From assembly GCA_007134465.1 (NCBI GenBank), contig SLKS01000018.1, forward strand, positions 1 to 55,427: a DNA stretch of 55,427 nt. The letters run 5' to 3'. Shown one piece after another: positions 17,358-26,835 of the stretch; the stretch's first letter is position 1; every line of letters begins with the position of its first letter. Position numbers and translations under genes: made by a program. Origin of the DNA: Kiritimatiellia bacterium (GTDB lineage Bacteria; Verrucomicrobiota; Kiritimatiellia; UBA8416; SLMC01). Below the pieces are notes generated by a model. That model ran no database searches, was not told where the DNA came from, and saw only the letters and a program-made list of their open reading frames with translations.

Positions 17358-18562
17358 GCGAGTTCCTTGCGCGCGACGACGCCCTTCAAGCGGTACATCT
17401 TGGGCAGCGGTCCGGCCAGCGGCTTGGCGTAGTTCACAAAGGCATCCGTTACGTCGTTGCCCTGCCGGTTGATGAACGCGGCCGGCATTTCGCGCGTTTC
17501 GCGCGCCACGCTGCGCAGCGGAACGACGTCGTAGCGCACGCCGTAGCGCGTGCCGGGCTTGCGCACGATGGCGATCGAACCGTCCGCATCCTTTTCGACG
17601 GCGGCGCGTACCGCTTCCTGGCCCGCGCGCCGGGCTTCCAGCGCATCGGTCGCCGACACGATCGTCGGGAAGGAGCGCTGCAGGTAGCCGAACGTGTCGG
17701 AACGCACCCGCTTGATGGCGGTTTTGGCCTTGATCTCCGCCACGAGCAAATCGCCCAGCGCGCCGGTGCCGCTCAACTGCACATTGCCGTGCGAATCCTG
17801 CTCCTTGGTGAACTTGGCGAGGATCGGAACGCCCTGGTCGTCGTGCACGCCTTCGGAGACGGCCGCGAGGCAGCGGCCGAGTTTCTTGTAAACCGCGTGC
17901 ACGTCGCGCACGAACTGATCGGCCCGGAACGCGCGTTCCGGCAGATAGATCAGGTGCGGCCCGTCGTCTTTCGCGGTGCGGGCCAGCGCCGAGGCGGCGG
18001 TGAGAAAGCCAGCGTTCCGGCCCATGATCACGGACACATGCACGCCCGGGAGGGCGCGGTTGTCCAGGTCAATGCCCTTCAGCGCCAGCGCCACGAACTT
18101 GGCCGCGCTGCCGAAGCCCGGCGTGTGGTCGTTTTCGCGCAGATCGTTGTCAATCGTCTTGGGAATGTGGAAGCAGCGCAGTTCGACCTTTTGGCGGCCG
18201 GCTTCCTCGTTGACGATATGGGCGGTTTCCGCCGAATCGTTGCCGCCAATATAGAAGAAATAGCGCACGTTGTAGCGGCGCATGATCTCGAACATGGCCT
18301 TGCACTCTTCGGGCTTCGGTTTCTTGCGCACGGAACCGAGCGCGGAAGAGGGCGTATTGGCCACGCCTTCGAGAGTGGCCACCGTTTCCTTGCGCAGATC
18401 GAGAAAATCCTCGCCCAGAATACCCTGGATGCCATGGCGCGCGCCGTAGATCTTGCCGACATCCGGATGCTTTCTGGCTTCCAGAACGGCGCCGACCAGG
18501 CTTTGATTGATGACGGCGGACGGGCCGCCGCTTTGGGCGATGAGCATGTTTCCTCTTGGCAT
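17354..18562 (-). CDS. pfp: Diphosphate (PPi)-dependent 6-phosphofructokinase
   Basis: ORF 17354..18661 trimmed to MPRGNMLIAQSGGPSAVIN (AAGGAGAG RBS). PFK motifs are GGNDS (Asp where ATP-PFKs have the second Gly of GGDGS) and PKTIDND (Lys instead of Gly), both PPi-type signatures. Confidence 0.85.
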   Translation of the reverse strand: MPRGNMLIAQSGGPSAVINQSLVGAVLEARKHPDVGKIYGARHGIQGILGEDFLDLRKETVATLEGVANTPSSALGSVRKKPKPEECKAMFEIMRRYNVRYFFYIGGNDSAETAHIVNEEAGRQKVELRCFHIPKTIDNDLRENDHTPGFGSAAKFVALALKGIDLDNRALPGVHVSVIMGRNAGFLTAASALARTAKDDGPHLIYLPERAFRADQFVRDVHAVYKKLGRCLAAVSEGVHDDQGVPILAKFTKEQDSHGNVQLSGTGALGDLLVAEIKAKTAIKRVRSDTFGYLQRSFPTIVSATDALEARRAGQEAVRAAVEKDADGSIAIVRKPGTRYGVRYDVVPLRSVARETREMPAAFINRQGNDVTDAFVNYAKPLAGPLPKMYRLKGVVARKELA

Positions 18563-18650
18563 GGGTCTCTCCTTGTGTTTGGATGCTTTTTTCCGACGGG
18601 AAAGGCACGCACTCTGCCATGCCGCCCGCCGCAAGACAAGGGGAAAATGA

Positions 18651-19040
18651 GTGAATCGCAAGCCGGCCTATCACAAGGGACGCTGGGCGGTCGCGCGTGA
18701 ACGGTTTCGCCTGAGCGAGGCGCGCCCGCCGCTGCCGCCCCGGGATCCCGTCCGCCTGAACGAGGCGCTGGCCGGAGCCATGAAAACGCTGGGGCTGGAA
18801 TCGGCGCATTGGCTGGAAACGCTCGGGAACGAATGGCCCCGGCTTGTCGGAGCGGCCGTCGCCCGGCACACGCGGCCGGGCCGGCTCGACCGGAACCGGC
18901 TGATCGTGTTCGTGGACAGTTCCGTCTGGCTAAACGAACTCAGCCGCTACGGGCGCAAGGAAATGCTGGCGGCGCTGCGCCAGCGGTTCGGCGACGGCAA
19001 GTTCGCCGACCTCGCCTTTCAGCTCGATCCCGACGCCTAG
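18651..19040 (+). CDS. DUF721 (DciA-like) domain protein
   Basis: 129-aa ORF. WPRLVGAAVARHTRPGRLDRNRLIVFVDSSVWLNELS matches the DUF721 pattern. GTG start. Confidence 0.65.
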   Translation: MNRKPAYHKGRWAVARERFRLSEARPPLPPRDPVRLNEALAGAMKTLGLESAHWLETLGNEWPRLVGAAVARHTRPGRLDRNRLIVFVDSSVWLNELSRYGRKEMLAALRQRFGDGKFADLAFQLDPDA

Positions 19041-19054
19041 CGAAAGGACAATTC

Positions 19055-19903
19055 ATGCAACGAGGCGGTATGCTGTTCGATTCGCATGCGCATTTCAGCG
19101 GAGACCCGACCGAAGCGGACGATTGGCTCGGGCGGGCCGCAGCGGCCGGCGTAACGGGCGTGCTGGCAGTCGGCGGTTCGGCCGACGGCAACCGGACCGC
19201 GCTGGCGACGGCGCGCCGCTTCCCGAACCGCGTTTGGGCGGCCGTCGGATACGACCGCGATCATGCGCCGCAGGATCCGGCCGATACGCGAACCATGGAT
19301 CGGCTGATTTCCGATGCGCAGACCGCTCTCCTGTCGGCGCGCGACGAAACGGCGGCCTGTGTCGCGATCGGCGAGATCGGCCTTGACTTTCATTACCATC
19401 CGGAAACGGCGGCGGCGCAGACAACGCTGTTTCGGCTCCAGCTCGAACTGGCGCGCGATTTCGGGTTGCCGGTTGTTGTCCACAGTCGCGACGCCGAAAA
19501 AGAAACCTTGGCGGAGCTGGCTCGCCATGCCGAGGCCTGGCCGGGCGTCGCCGACCGGATTGGCGTGGTGCATTGCTTCACCGGGTCCCCGTCCATGGCG
19601 GACGCTTTGACGGCCATGGGCTATTGTCTGGGCTTCAGCGGCATTGTCACATTTCCGAACGCGGCAGACGTGCGCGGCGTGGCGGCCGCCGTGTCCGAGA
19701 ACCGTCTGCTCGTCGAAACCGACGCGCCCTACCTTGCGCCGGTCCCGATGCGCGGCCGCCGCAACGAGCCGGCGTTCGTGCGGCATGTCGCCGAAACGAT
19801 CGCGACAGTGCGCGGGCAGCCGTTCGCCTCATTGGCCGCCACCACCGACCGCAACGCCCGCCGACTGTTCGGCCTTGCCTCATCGAAGAAAGAGGCGCCA
19901 TGA
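19055..19903 (+). CDS. tatD: TatD-family metal-dependent hydrolase/DNase
   Basis: ORF 18809..19903 trimmed to MQRGGMLFDSHAHF. Motifs: DSHAH, IGEIGLDFHY, VVHSRDA, VHCFTG, LLVETDAPYL. Confidence 0.85.
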   Translation: MQRGGMLFDSHAHFSGDPTEADDWLGRAAAAGVTGVLAVGGSADGNRTALATARRFPNRVWAAVGYDRDHAPQDPADTRTMDRLISDAQTALLSARDETAACVAIGEIGLDFHYHPETAAAQTTLFRLQLELARDFGLPVVVHSRDAEKETLAELARHAEAWPGVADRIGVVHCFTGSPSMADALTAMGYCLGFSGIVTFPNAADVRGVAAAVSENRLLVETDAPYLAPVPMRGRRNEPAFVRHVAETIATVRGQPFASLAATTDRNARRLFGLASSKKEAP

Positions 19904-20046
19904 GGCACAACGTGGCTGACGCAGCCAACGACGGATCCGTTCAGGCCAGCGAGGACAACATAACGACGGGCTCGTCCATCCTGAATAACGCGCCTTTTCG
20001 TTTTCTCTTGACGGGGGGCGATCGGTTTTGGAGTATGGCGCCGCCT

Positions 20047-20730
20047 ATGAAGCTATGGTCGGTCAGTATGGTTTTGAGCGCGGCGCTGGCGGCGGGCGCG
20101 GGCTGCGGACACGATGTCGCGCGGCTGGACGCGCGCGAAACGAGCGATCCCATGCTGCGCCGGGCGGCGGAGAAGGCGGCGGCGGGCGATGCGGAGTATG
20201 CGATCGATCTGTACCGCAAAGCGCTGGATTTGGAACCGAAACTCGCGCGTGCCAGCCTCGACATGGCCATCCTGCTGCACGACGTCAAACAGGCGTACGT
20301 GCCGGCGCTCTATCATTACCAGCGCTATCTCGTTTTACGGCCGAATACGCAGAAACGCGACCTGATCGAAAACCGTATGCGCCTGGCGCGACAGTCGCTG
20401 GCGGCCGAGCTGTCGCCGCAGGCCGCCGACCGGGCCGTTCAGAACGAATTGGCCGAACTGAGAAAGGTCCATGCCCAGCTCCAGACGCGCTATCAGGCGT
20501 TGCAGCGGGAGCTGGCGCAAGCGCGAACGCCTGCGCCGCCCGCGCCGGACGAGCCGACAGCCGAGACGGCATCGAAAACCCATGTGGTGCGGCCCGGCGA
20601 GAATCTGACGCATATTGCCCAGCGCTACGGCGTGGAGGTGGCGGACATGGTCGAGATCAATGGTTTGCGAAACCCGAATGCGATCGTGGCGGGCCAGAAA
20701 TTGATCGTGCCGGCAAGACGCGCGCCGTAG
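20047..20730 (+). CDS. Lipoprotein with TPR-like region and C-terminal LysM domain
   Basis: The tail of ORF 19573..20730. MKLWSVSMVLSAALAAGAGCG is a lipoprotein signal. The LysM domain is HVVRPGENLTHIAQRYGVEVADMVEINGLRNPNAIVAGQKLIVP. Alternative starts are 20035, or 19900 (ATGA with tatD). Confidence 0.7.
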   Translation: MKLWSVSMVLSAALAAGAGCGHDVARLDARETSDPMLRRAAEKAAAGDAEYAIDLYRKALDLEPKLARASLDMAILLHDVKQAYVPALYHYQRYLVLRPNTQKRDLIENRMRLARQSLAAELSPQAADRAVQNELAELRKVHAQLQTRYQALQRELAQARTPAPPAPDEPTAETASKTHVVRPGENLTHIAQRYGVEVADMVEINGLRNPNAIVAGQKLIVPARRAP

Positions 20731-20766
20731 CGGCGCGCGCCCATGCGGCATGGGCCATGGGCCGAG

Positions 20767-20853
20767 GAATTGAACAGAAGGCAACGAAGGGAACTAAGAA
20801 GGGCGGGCACATTTCGTTTCCTTCGTTATCTTGAGCGAAGCGGGTGTTCAAAC
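20767..20853 (+). repeat. Dispersed palindromic repeat, family B, copy 2
   Basis: GAATTGAACAGAAGGCAACGAAGGGAAC...GTTTCCTTCGTTATCTTGAGCGAAGCGGGTGTTCAAAC. Internal stem AACGAAGGGAA/TTCCTTCGTT. Confidence 0.75.
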
Positions 20854-20915
20854 AATTCAGGGGGGATGCGGGCAAAACGCGTATCGTTCCGAAAAGGGTT
20901 TACGGGAGGAGAGTC

Positions 20916-21626
20916 ATGAACGACGATTCGAGGGACGACAAGGCGACGGAAGATGACGGCAGACTGTTCGACGATCTTTCCCCGAGCCGCGAACCCGAAG
21001 CGGAGCGCGCCGGATCGGAGGTCGCGCGCGGCCGCCTGGATCGGCATCGCTCGGATTTGTCGCATCAGGTGGGCGGGGCGGCAGGCGAAATCGAACGTTT
21101 GCGCCTGAAGCAGGCGGAACTCGAGCGCGAAAAGCAGGAATTGCAGCAATTGGCCCGCAAGCAGGACGAGTACGAGCGGGGCAAGCGCGAGATGCTGGAG
21201 AAACTTGCCCGCAGCGTGGTGCTGCTCGACAAGGAGCGCGAACAGGCCGTGCGCGTGGCGGCCTTGCTGGCCGAGACGCGCGAACGTTTTTCGGAGCAGT
21301 TGACGAGTCTGGAACGCATTCGCGAAGAGGAATGGGCGGACGGCAGCTTCGCGGAGGAACTCGAGAGCGGGTTGGCCGAGGTCGAAGCGGCGAAAACGAT
21401 GTACAAGAAAGCGCTGGCGCGAATCGAGGCCAGCAGTTGGCACAAAAGCGCAGGCTCGGGAACGGTGGCGCTCGATCCGGCGGCGGGCGCCGGCGCGGCG
21501 CCGTGGCCGCGCAGCTTCGGATTCTGGCTCAAGATTGGCTTGGCCTTTTCCCTGCCGCTGGCTGCCGTGCTGATCGCGCTGTTCCTGTTTTCGCTGTTTC
21601 GACATGGTTTTATTCCGGGCATTTAG
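20916..21626 (+). CDS. Hypothetical coiled-coil protein with C-terminal TM anchor
   Basis: ORF 20844..21626 trimmed to MNDDSRDD (GGAGGAGAG RBS). It has a long Glu/Arg/Leu coiled coil and the tail FGFWLKIGLAFSLPLAAVLIALFLFSLF. It is flanked by repeats B2 and B3. Confidence 0.55.
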   Translation: MNDDSRDDKATEDDGRLFDDLSPSREPEAERAGSEVARGRLDRHRSDLSHQVGGAAGEIERLRLKQAELEREKQELQQLARKQDEYERGKREMLEKLARSVVLLDKEREQAVRVAALLAETRERFSEQLTSLERIREEEWADGSFAEELESGLAEVEAAKTMYKKALARIEASSWHKSAGSGTVALDPAAGAGAAPWPRSFGFWLKIGLAFSLPLAAVLIALFLFSLFRHGFIPGI

Positions 21627-21637
21627 CGCCGAACGCT

Positions 21638-21666
21638 TAAGGCGGGCTGCGCCCGCCACCCAAAGG
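21638..21666 (+). repeat. Short hairpin module, family F, copy 1
   Basis: TAAGGCGGGCTGCGCCCGCCACCCAAAGG, directly abutting repeat B3. Confidence 0.5.
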
Positions 21667-21744
21667 AATTGAACAGAAGGCAACGAAGGGAACAAAGAAG
21701 GGCGGGCGCACTTCGTTATCGTGAGCGAAGCGGGTGTTCAAAAC
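21666..21744 (+). repeat. Dispersed palindromic repeat, family B, copy 3
   Basis: Same ends as B2, with a ~9-nt internal deletion. Confidence 0.75.
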
Positions 21745-21854
21745 ATCCAGAGACAAAAGACATACGCAAAAGCGCAGCGATGCCGTAAAGGCGCTAACGC
21801 CTTGGCGTGCGGGCGAAGCCCGCCTTGTCGAGATGATTTCCGAGAGGAAGAATC

Positions 21855-22166
21855 ATGGAACAGGAAAAAAGAGCGAACGGCGGGAACGAAGGCATGGACG
21901 TGCGCCATGTGGCCTTGCTGGCCCGGCTTGCGCTGACGGACGAGGATGCCGAACTTTTTCGCGGACAGATGGCGGACATTGTCGGGTTTGTTCGCAAGAT
22001 CGGCGAGCTGAATATCGAGGGCATCGAGCCGACAACGCATGCGCATCGGGTCGAGAACGTGTTCAGGGAAGACGAGCCGGCGCCGGGACTGGACCGGGCG
22101 ACGGCGCTGGCCAATGCGCCGGAACAGGCCCAGGGTCTGTTTCTGACGCCCAGGATAGTGGAGTAG
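21855..22166 (+). CDS. gatC: Asp/Glu-tRNA amidotransferase subunit C
   Basis: 103-aa ORF. VRHVALLARLALTDEDAELFRGQMADIVGFV is typical of GatC. It lies immediately upstream of gatA. The start may be the internal M at 21894. Confidence 0.85.
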   Translation: MEQEKRANGGNEGMDVRHVALLARLALTDEDAELFRGQMADIVGFVRKIGELNIEGIEPTTHAHRVENVFREDEPAPGLDRATALANAPEQAQGLFLTPRIVE

Positions 22167-23633
22167 GTGATGGATACGGCGTCTGTTACGCTAGGCGAAG
22201 CGTTGGCCGGGCTGGACCGGGGCGACTGGAGTTCCGAGGAACTGGTGTCGGACCTGCTGGCGCGGATTGAGGCGGGGAACGGCGCGCTGAACGCCTATCT
22301 GGACGTGGACGCGGACGATGCGCTGTCGCAGGCCCGCGCGGCCGACCGCCAGCGCGCGCGCGGCGAACGCGCTCCGTTGCTGGGCGCGCCGCTGGCGGTG
22401 AAGGACAACATCAATGTGGCCGGGCAATCCTGCGCCTGCGCTTCGCGCATTCTGGAGGGGTACAAGGCGCCCTGCGACGCGACGGCCATCGCGCGGCTGC
22501 GCCGGGAAGGCGCCGTGTTTCTGGGCCGAACGAACATGGACGAGTTCGCCATGGGCAGCTCGACGGAATATTCGGCGCGCGGTCCCGCCCGCAATCCGCG
22601 CAATCCGGACTGCGTGCCGGGCGGATCGAGCGGGGGGTCGGCGGCGGCCGTGGCCGCCGGCATGGCGCTGGCGGCGCTCGGTTCGGATACCGGCGGCTCC
22701 ATTCGGCAGCCGGCGGCTTTCTGCGGCTGCGTGGGGTTCAAGCCTTCGTACGGGCGCGTGTCCCGCTACGGACTGACGGCCTTCGCTTCCTCGCTCGATC
22801 AGATCGGATCGCTCACCCGCGGCGTGGACGACGCGACGCGTCTGTTCTTTTCCATGGCCGGCCCGGACGCCCGAGACGCCACGACGGTGACTCTGCCCTT
22901 GCCCGCGCCCGAGGCTTGTCGGCGCGAAGACTTGAAGGGGGTCGTCATCGGCGTGCCGAAGGAATATTTTCCGTCCGCGCTGGCGCCGGATGTTCGCGCG
23001 GCCGTTTTGGCGGCGGCGGAGACGTGCCGGGCGCTAGGCGCGGAAACGCGCGATATCAGCCTGCCGCATACCGAGTATGCGATGGCCGTCTATTACATTG
23101 TCGCGCCGGCGGAGGCGTCGGCCAATCTGGCGCGATTCGACGGGGTTCGCTACGGGCGGCGCGCGGCCGGCGCGACAAGCCCGATGGATTTGTACTGCCG
23201 CACGCGGTCGGAGGGATTCGGCCGCGAAGTGAAGCGCCGCATTCTGCTCGGCGCCTACGTGTTGAGCAGCGGCTATTACGACGCCTATTATCTTTCCGCG
23301 CAAAAGGCGCGCACGCTGATTCGTGACGATTTTACAGCCGCCTTTCGCGACTGCGACGCGATCCTGGCGCCGGTCACCCCCTCGGCGGCGTTTCGCATGG
23401 GCGAAAAGACGGAGGATCCCGTTCAGATGTATCTGACCGATGTGTTTACCGCCACGGCCAATCTGGCGGGCCTGTGCGCGCTGTCTTTGCCCTGCGCCAT
23501 GAATGCCGACGGGCTGCCGTTGGCGGCGCAACTGATCGGCCCCGCGTTTCGCGAGGATGCCGTGCTGGGCGCGGCGGCCGCGCTCGAGCGGGCCTGGGGC
23601 GGACCGACGGGATGGATGGGGAGGCGGGCATGA
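22167..23633 (+). CDS. gatA: Asp/Glu-tRNA amidotransferase subunit A
   Basis: 488-aa ORF with the amidase signature GGSSGGSAAAVAAG, plus KDNINVAG. Confidence 0.93.
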   Translation: MMDTASVTLGEALAGLDRGDWSSEELVSDLLARIEAGNGALNAYLDVDADDALSQARAADRQRARGERAPLLGAPLAVKDNINVAGQSCACASRILEGYKAPCDATAIARLRREGAVFLGRTNMDEFAMGSSTEYSARGPARNPRNPDCVPGGSSGGSAAAVAAGMALAALGSDTGGSIRQPAAFCGCVGFKPSYGRVSRYGLTAFASSLDQIGSLTRGVDDATRLFFSMAGPDARDATTVTLPLPAPEACRREDLKGVVIGVPKEYFPSALAPDVRAAVLAAAETCRALGAETRDISLPHTEYAMAVYYIVAPAEASANLARFDGVRYGRRAAGATSPMDLYCRTRSEGFGREVKRRILLGAYVLSSGYYDAYYLSAQKARTLIRDDFTAAFRDCDAILAPVTPSAAFRMGEKTEDPVQMYLTDVFTATANLAGLCALSLPCAMNADGLPLAAQLIGPAFREDAVLGAAAALERAWGGPTGWMGRRA

Positions 23634-25054
23634 CGTACGAAGCGCGGATCGGACTGGAAGTGCATGTGCAGCTCAAGACGCGCTCCAAGATGTTTTGCGC
23701 GTGCAGCGCCGAGTTCGGCGACGAGCCCAATACGCGCGTGTGTCCCGTTTGCCTGGGCTATCCCGGCGCAATGCCGGCCATGAACCGCGAGGCCGTCGAA
23801 CTTACGGCGCTGACGGGGCTGATGGTCGGCGCGCAGGTCGCGCCGCTGTCCGTCTTCGCGCGCAAGAGCTATTTCTATCCGGACATGCCGAAAAACTACC
23901 AGATTTCCCAGTACGACCGGCCCTTGTGCATCGGGGGCGCGGTCGCCATCGAGTGGGAGGGCCGCGAGAAGCTTGTGGGGCTCACCCGCATTCATCTCGA
24001 GGAGGACGTGGGGAAGAGCTCTCATTTCGGAACGTCCAGCGGCGTGGATTTCAATCGGGCGGGCATTCCGCTGATGGAGATCGTTACCGAACCGGTTCTG
24101 ACCGCGCCGGAGGAAGCGGACGCGTTCCTTCAGGCCTTGCGTCAGATGGTGCGCTACGCGGGCGTGAGCGACGGCAACATGGAGCGGGGCAACATTCGGT
24201 GCGATGCGAATTGCAGTGTTCGCTTGCGTGGCGAGACGGCGCTCGGCGCGAAAACGGAGATCAAGAATCTTAACACGTTCAAAGGCGTCCTGGCGGCCTT
24301 GCGCTACGAAATCCGCCGCCAGCAGGATGTATTGGCGGCCGGCGGTCGCGTTGCCATGGAAACGCGGCGCTGGGACGGCGAGACGGGCACGACAGCGAGC
24401 ATGCGGTCCAAGGAGGAAGCGCACGACTACCGCTATTTCCCCGAGCCGGATCTCATGCCGGTGGCCATGGCGCCCGAGCAGCTTGCCGCGCTGCAAGCGC
24501 GCATTCCCGAATTGCCGCGCGCCCGACGCGAGCGGTTCTGTCGCGATTACGGCTTGCCCGCCTACGACAGCGAAGTGCTGGCCGCCGACAAGGCCGTGGC
24601 CGATTTCTTCGACGAAACCGCGCGCGTCTCGGACAACCCGAAAGCGGTGTCGAACTGGATGATGACGGAAGTTCTGGCGAAACTGGCCGAAACCGGCCGG
24701 ACTTTGGCCGAAACACCCGTGGCGCCCCGCCAGTTGGCCGAGTTGATCGCGCTGGTGGACCGGGGCCAAATCAACATGCCGACGGCCAAGTCCCTGTTCG
24801 CCACGATGTTCGACAAGGGCGGGGATCCGGTCGCCCTTGTGGAACAGGAAGGGCTTGCGCAAGTATCCAGCGCCGACGACATCGGCGCCTGGGCCCGCCA
24901 GGCTGTGGAGGAAAATCCGAAATCGGTCGCCGATTACCGATCCGGCAAAAAGGCCGCCCTCCAGTTTCTGGTCGGGCAAGTCATGCGCCGGAGCCGCGGC
25001 CGCGCCCATCCCCAAAAGGCGGCCGAGGCGCTCGAAGAATTATTAAAGGGATGA
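23630..25054 (+). CDS. gatB: Asp/Glu-tRNA amidotransferase subunit B
   Basis: ORF 23474..25054 trimmed to MTYEARIGLEVHVQL. It overlaps the gatA stop (ATGA). It has a GatB/YqeY C-terminal region. Confidence 0.93.
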   Translation: MTYEARIGLEVHVQLKTRSKMFCACSAEFGDEPNTRVCPVCLGYPGAMPAMNREAVELTALTGLMVGAQVAPLSVFARKSYFYPDMPKNYQISQYDRPLCIGGAVAIEWEGREKLVGLTRIHLEEDVGKSSHFGTSSGVDFNRAGIPLMEIVTEPVLTAPEEADAFLQALRQMVRYAGVSDGNMERGNIRCDANCSVRLRGETALGAKTEIKNLNTFKGVLAALRYEIRRQQDVLAAGGRVAMETRRWDGETGTTASMRSKEEAHDYRYFPEPDLMPVAMAPEQLAALQARIPELPRARRERFCRDYGLPAYDSEVLAADKAVADFFDETARVSDNPKAVSNWMMTEVLAKLAETGRTLAETPVAPRQLAELIALVDRGQINMPTAKSLFATMFDKGGDPVALVEQEGLAQVSSADDIGAWARQAVEENPKSVADYRSGKKAALQFLVGQVMRRSRGRAHPQKAAEALEELLKG

Positions 25055-25125
25055 CAAGTTCGCCGCCTTGTGATAGGACATGGGCGAATTCGATGTAGAG
25101 CCGGTTCGTTTCGGAGGACGGAACG

Positions 25126-26835
25126 TTGACATCCAACGACCAATACGTGCTTGAATTGCTGCAAGAACAGGGCGTCGTGACCCAGGAACAATTGGCGCAC
25201 GTGCGCAGCGGCGGGCTTCGGCAGGAAGGCGCCAGCGACTTGGACCGGCTGGTGCGCGAAAACATAGTCGAAGAAAGCGAAGTGCTGGGCGTTCTGGCGG
25301 CGCAACTGGGGTTGGAGCTGGTCAGCCTCAAGGATTTGGAGCTCTCCCCGGAGCTGCGGGACACGATACCCGTGGACATTGCGCGCCGCTACAAGGTCGT
25401 GCCGGTGCATTGCCAGGACGACGTTCTGACGGTGGCCCTGAGCGATCCTCTGGATTTCGACACGGTGGACACCTTGCGGCATCTGCTGAAGCGCCATGTG
25501 GAGAGCATGGTGGCCACGCGCGAAGAGATCAAGGTCGTGCTCGATACCTACTACGCCGCCGAAACGTCCATGGAGGAAATGCTGGGCCAGATCGGCGACG
25601 ATGCGGTGGACGTTTCCATGACCGGCATGGACAGCATTGTTCAGGATGCCGACACCACCGAAACCGACGCGCCGATCATCAAGCTGGTCAGTCTGGTGAT
25701 TCTGGAAGCGTTCCGCAATCATGCCTCCGACATTCATCTCGAGCCGCTGGAAACGCGGTTTCGGATCCGCTATCGCATAGACGGCGTGCTGCACGAAGTG
25801 GACAGCCCGCCCAAGCGCTTGCAGTCGGCCATTATCCAGCGCGTGAAGATCATGTCCGGCATGAAAATTTCGGAGAAGCGCGTGCCGCAGGACGGCCGCA
25901 TTCAGGTGAACATTCAGGGGCGCGAACTCGATTTGCGTGTCAACACAGTGCCGGCCACCCATGGCGAAGGGGTGGTCATGCGTATTCTGGACAAGCAGAA
26001 CCTGGCGCTGGGCTTGCCGGCGCTGGGCTTTTTCGCCGACGATCAGCAAACCTTCGAACGGCTGATCGGGCTGTCGGACGGCATTTTGCTGGTGACGGGT
26101 CCGACCGGATCCGGAAAAACCACGACGCTCTACGCCTGTTTGCAGCAGATCAATCGCGCGGACACCAAGATCATTACGGTGGAGAACCCGGTGGAATACC
26201 AGATTTCCGGGGTGAACCAGGTGCAGGTGCGCGACGATATCGGCTTGACCTTCTCGGCCGCCTTGCGTTCGATTCTGCGCCAGGCCCCGAATGTGGTGAT
26301 GATCGGCGAAATTCGCGACCTCGAGACGGCGCAAATCGCCATCGAGTCCGCCTTGACCGGTCACTTGGTGTTCAGCACGCTGCATACGAACGACGCGCCC
26401 AGCGCGGTGACCCGATTGCTGGATATCGGTGTCAAGCCCTTCCTCGTGGCGTCTTCGTTGCGCGCCGCCATGGCCCAGCGGCTGGTCCGTTGCGTCTGCG
26501 AGAATTGCAAGGAGCCTCGCGAGCCGACGGAAGCCGAAATCAAGCTGCTGGGGCCGGTGGCCGAGCAGTTGACCGGGGCCACCCTGCTGGCCGGACGCGG
26601 TTGCGCCCAATGTTCTCTCACGGGCTATTCCAAGCGGAGGGGCATTTTCGAGATTTTCAGGGTGGACGACGAAATACAGAAAATGATTTTCGAAAAGGTG
26701 TCCACAAGCGAATTGCGCGCGCGTGCCCGGGAAATGGGCATGCGCACCCTGCGCGAGGACGGATTGCGCAAGGTCGTGTCCGGCATGACGACGGTGGAAG
26801 AAGTCCTGCGCGTAACCATGGGAGACGAATCCTGA
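25126..26835 (+). CDS. pilB: Type IV pilus assembly ATPase PilB (GspE family), paralog 1
   Basis: 569-aa ORF with a TTG start after a GGAGGA RBS. It has a GspE-N domain, Walker [11 protein letters not shown], Asp/His boxes and a tetracysteine CxxC...CxxC motif. Confidence 0.88.
   Translation: MTSNDQYVLELLQEQGVVTQEQLAHVRSGGLRQEGASDLDRLVRENIVEESEVLGVLAAQLGLELVSLKDLELSPELRDTIPVDIARRYKVVPVHCQDDVLTVALSDPLDFDTVDTLRHLLKRHVESMVATREEIKVVLDTYYAAETSMEEMLGQIGDDAVDVSMTGMDSIVQDADTTETDAPIIKLVSLVILEAFRNHASDIHLEPLETRFRIRYRIDGVLHEVDSPPKRLQSAIIQRVKIMSGMKISEKRVPQDGRIQVNIQGRELDLRVNTVPATHGEGVVMRILDKQNLALGLPALGFFADDQQTFERLIGLSDGILLVTGPTGSGKTTTLYACLQQINRADTKIITVENPVEYQISGVNQVQVRDDIGLTFSAALRSILRQAPNVVMIGEIRDLETAQIAIESALTGHLVFSTLHTNDAPSAVTRLLDIGVKPFLVASSLRAAMAQRLVRCVCENCKEPREPTEAEIKLLGPVAEQLTGATLLAGRGCAQCSLTGYSKRRGIFEIFRVDDEIQKMIFEKVSTSELRARAREMGMRTLREDGLRKVVSGMTTVEEVLRVTMGDES

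Noticed and set aside
19900-20046. An ATG at 19900 forms an ATGA overlap with the tatD stop and would extend the LysM protein by 49 aa.
   Set aside because: The extension would bury a clear lipoprotein signal peptide (MKLWSV...AGAGCG) inside the protein. I kept 20047 as the start but the longer form cannot be excluded without start-site data.
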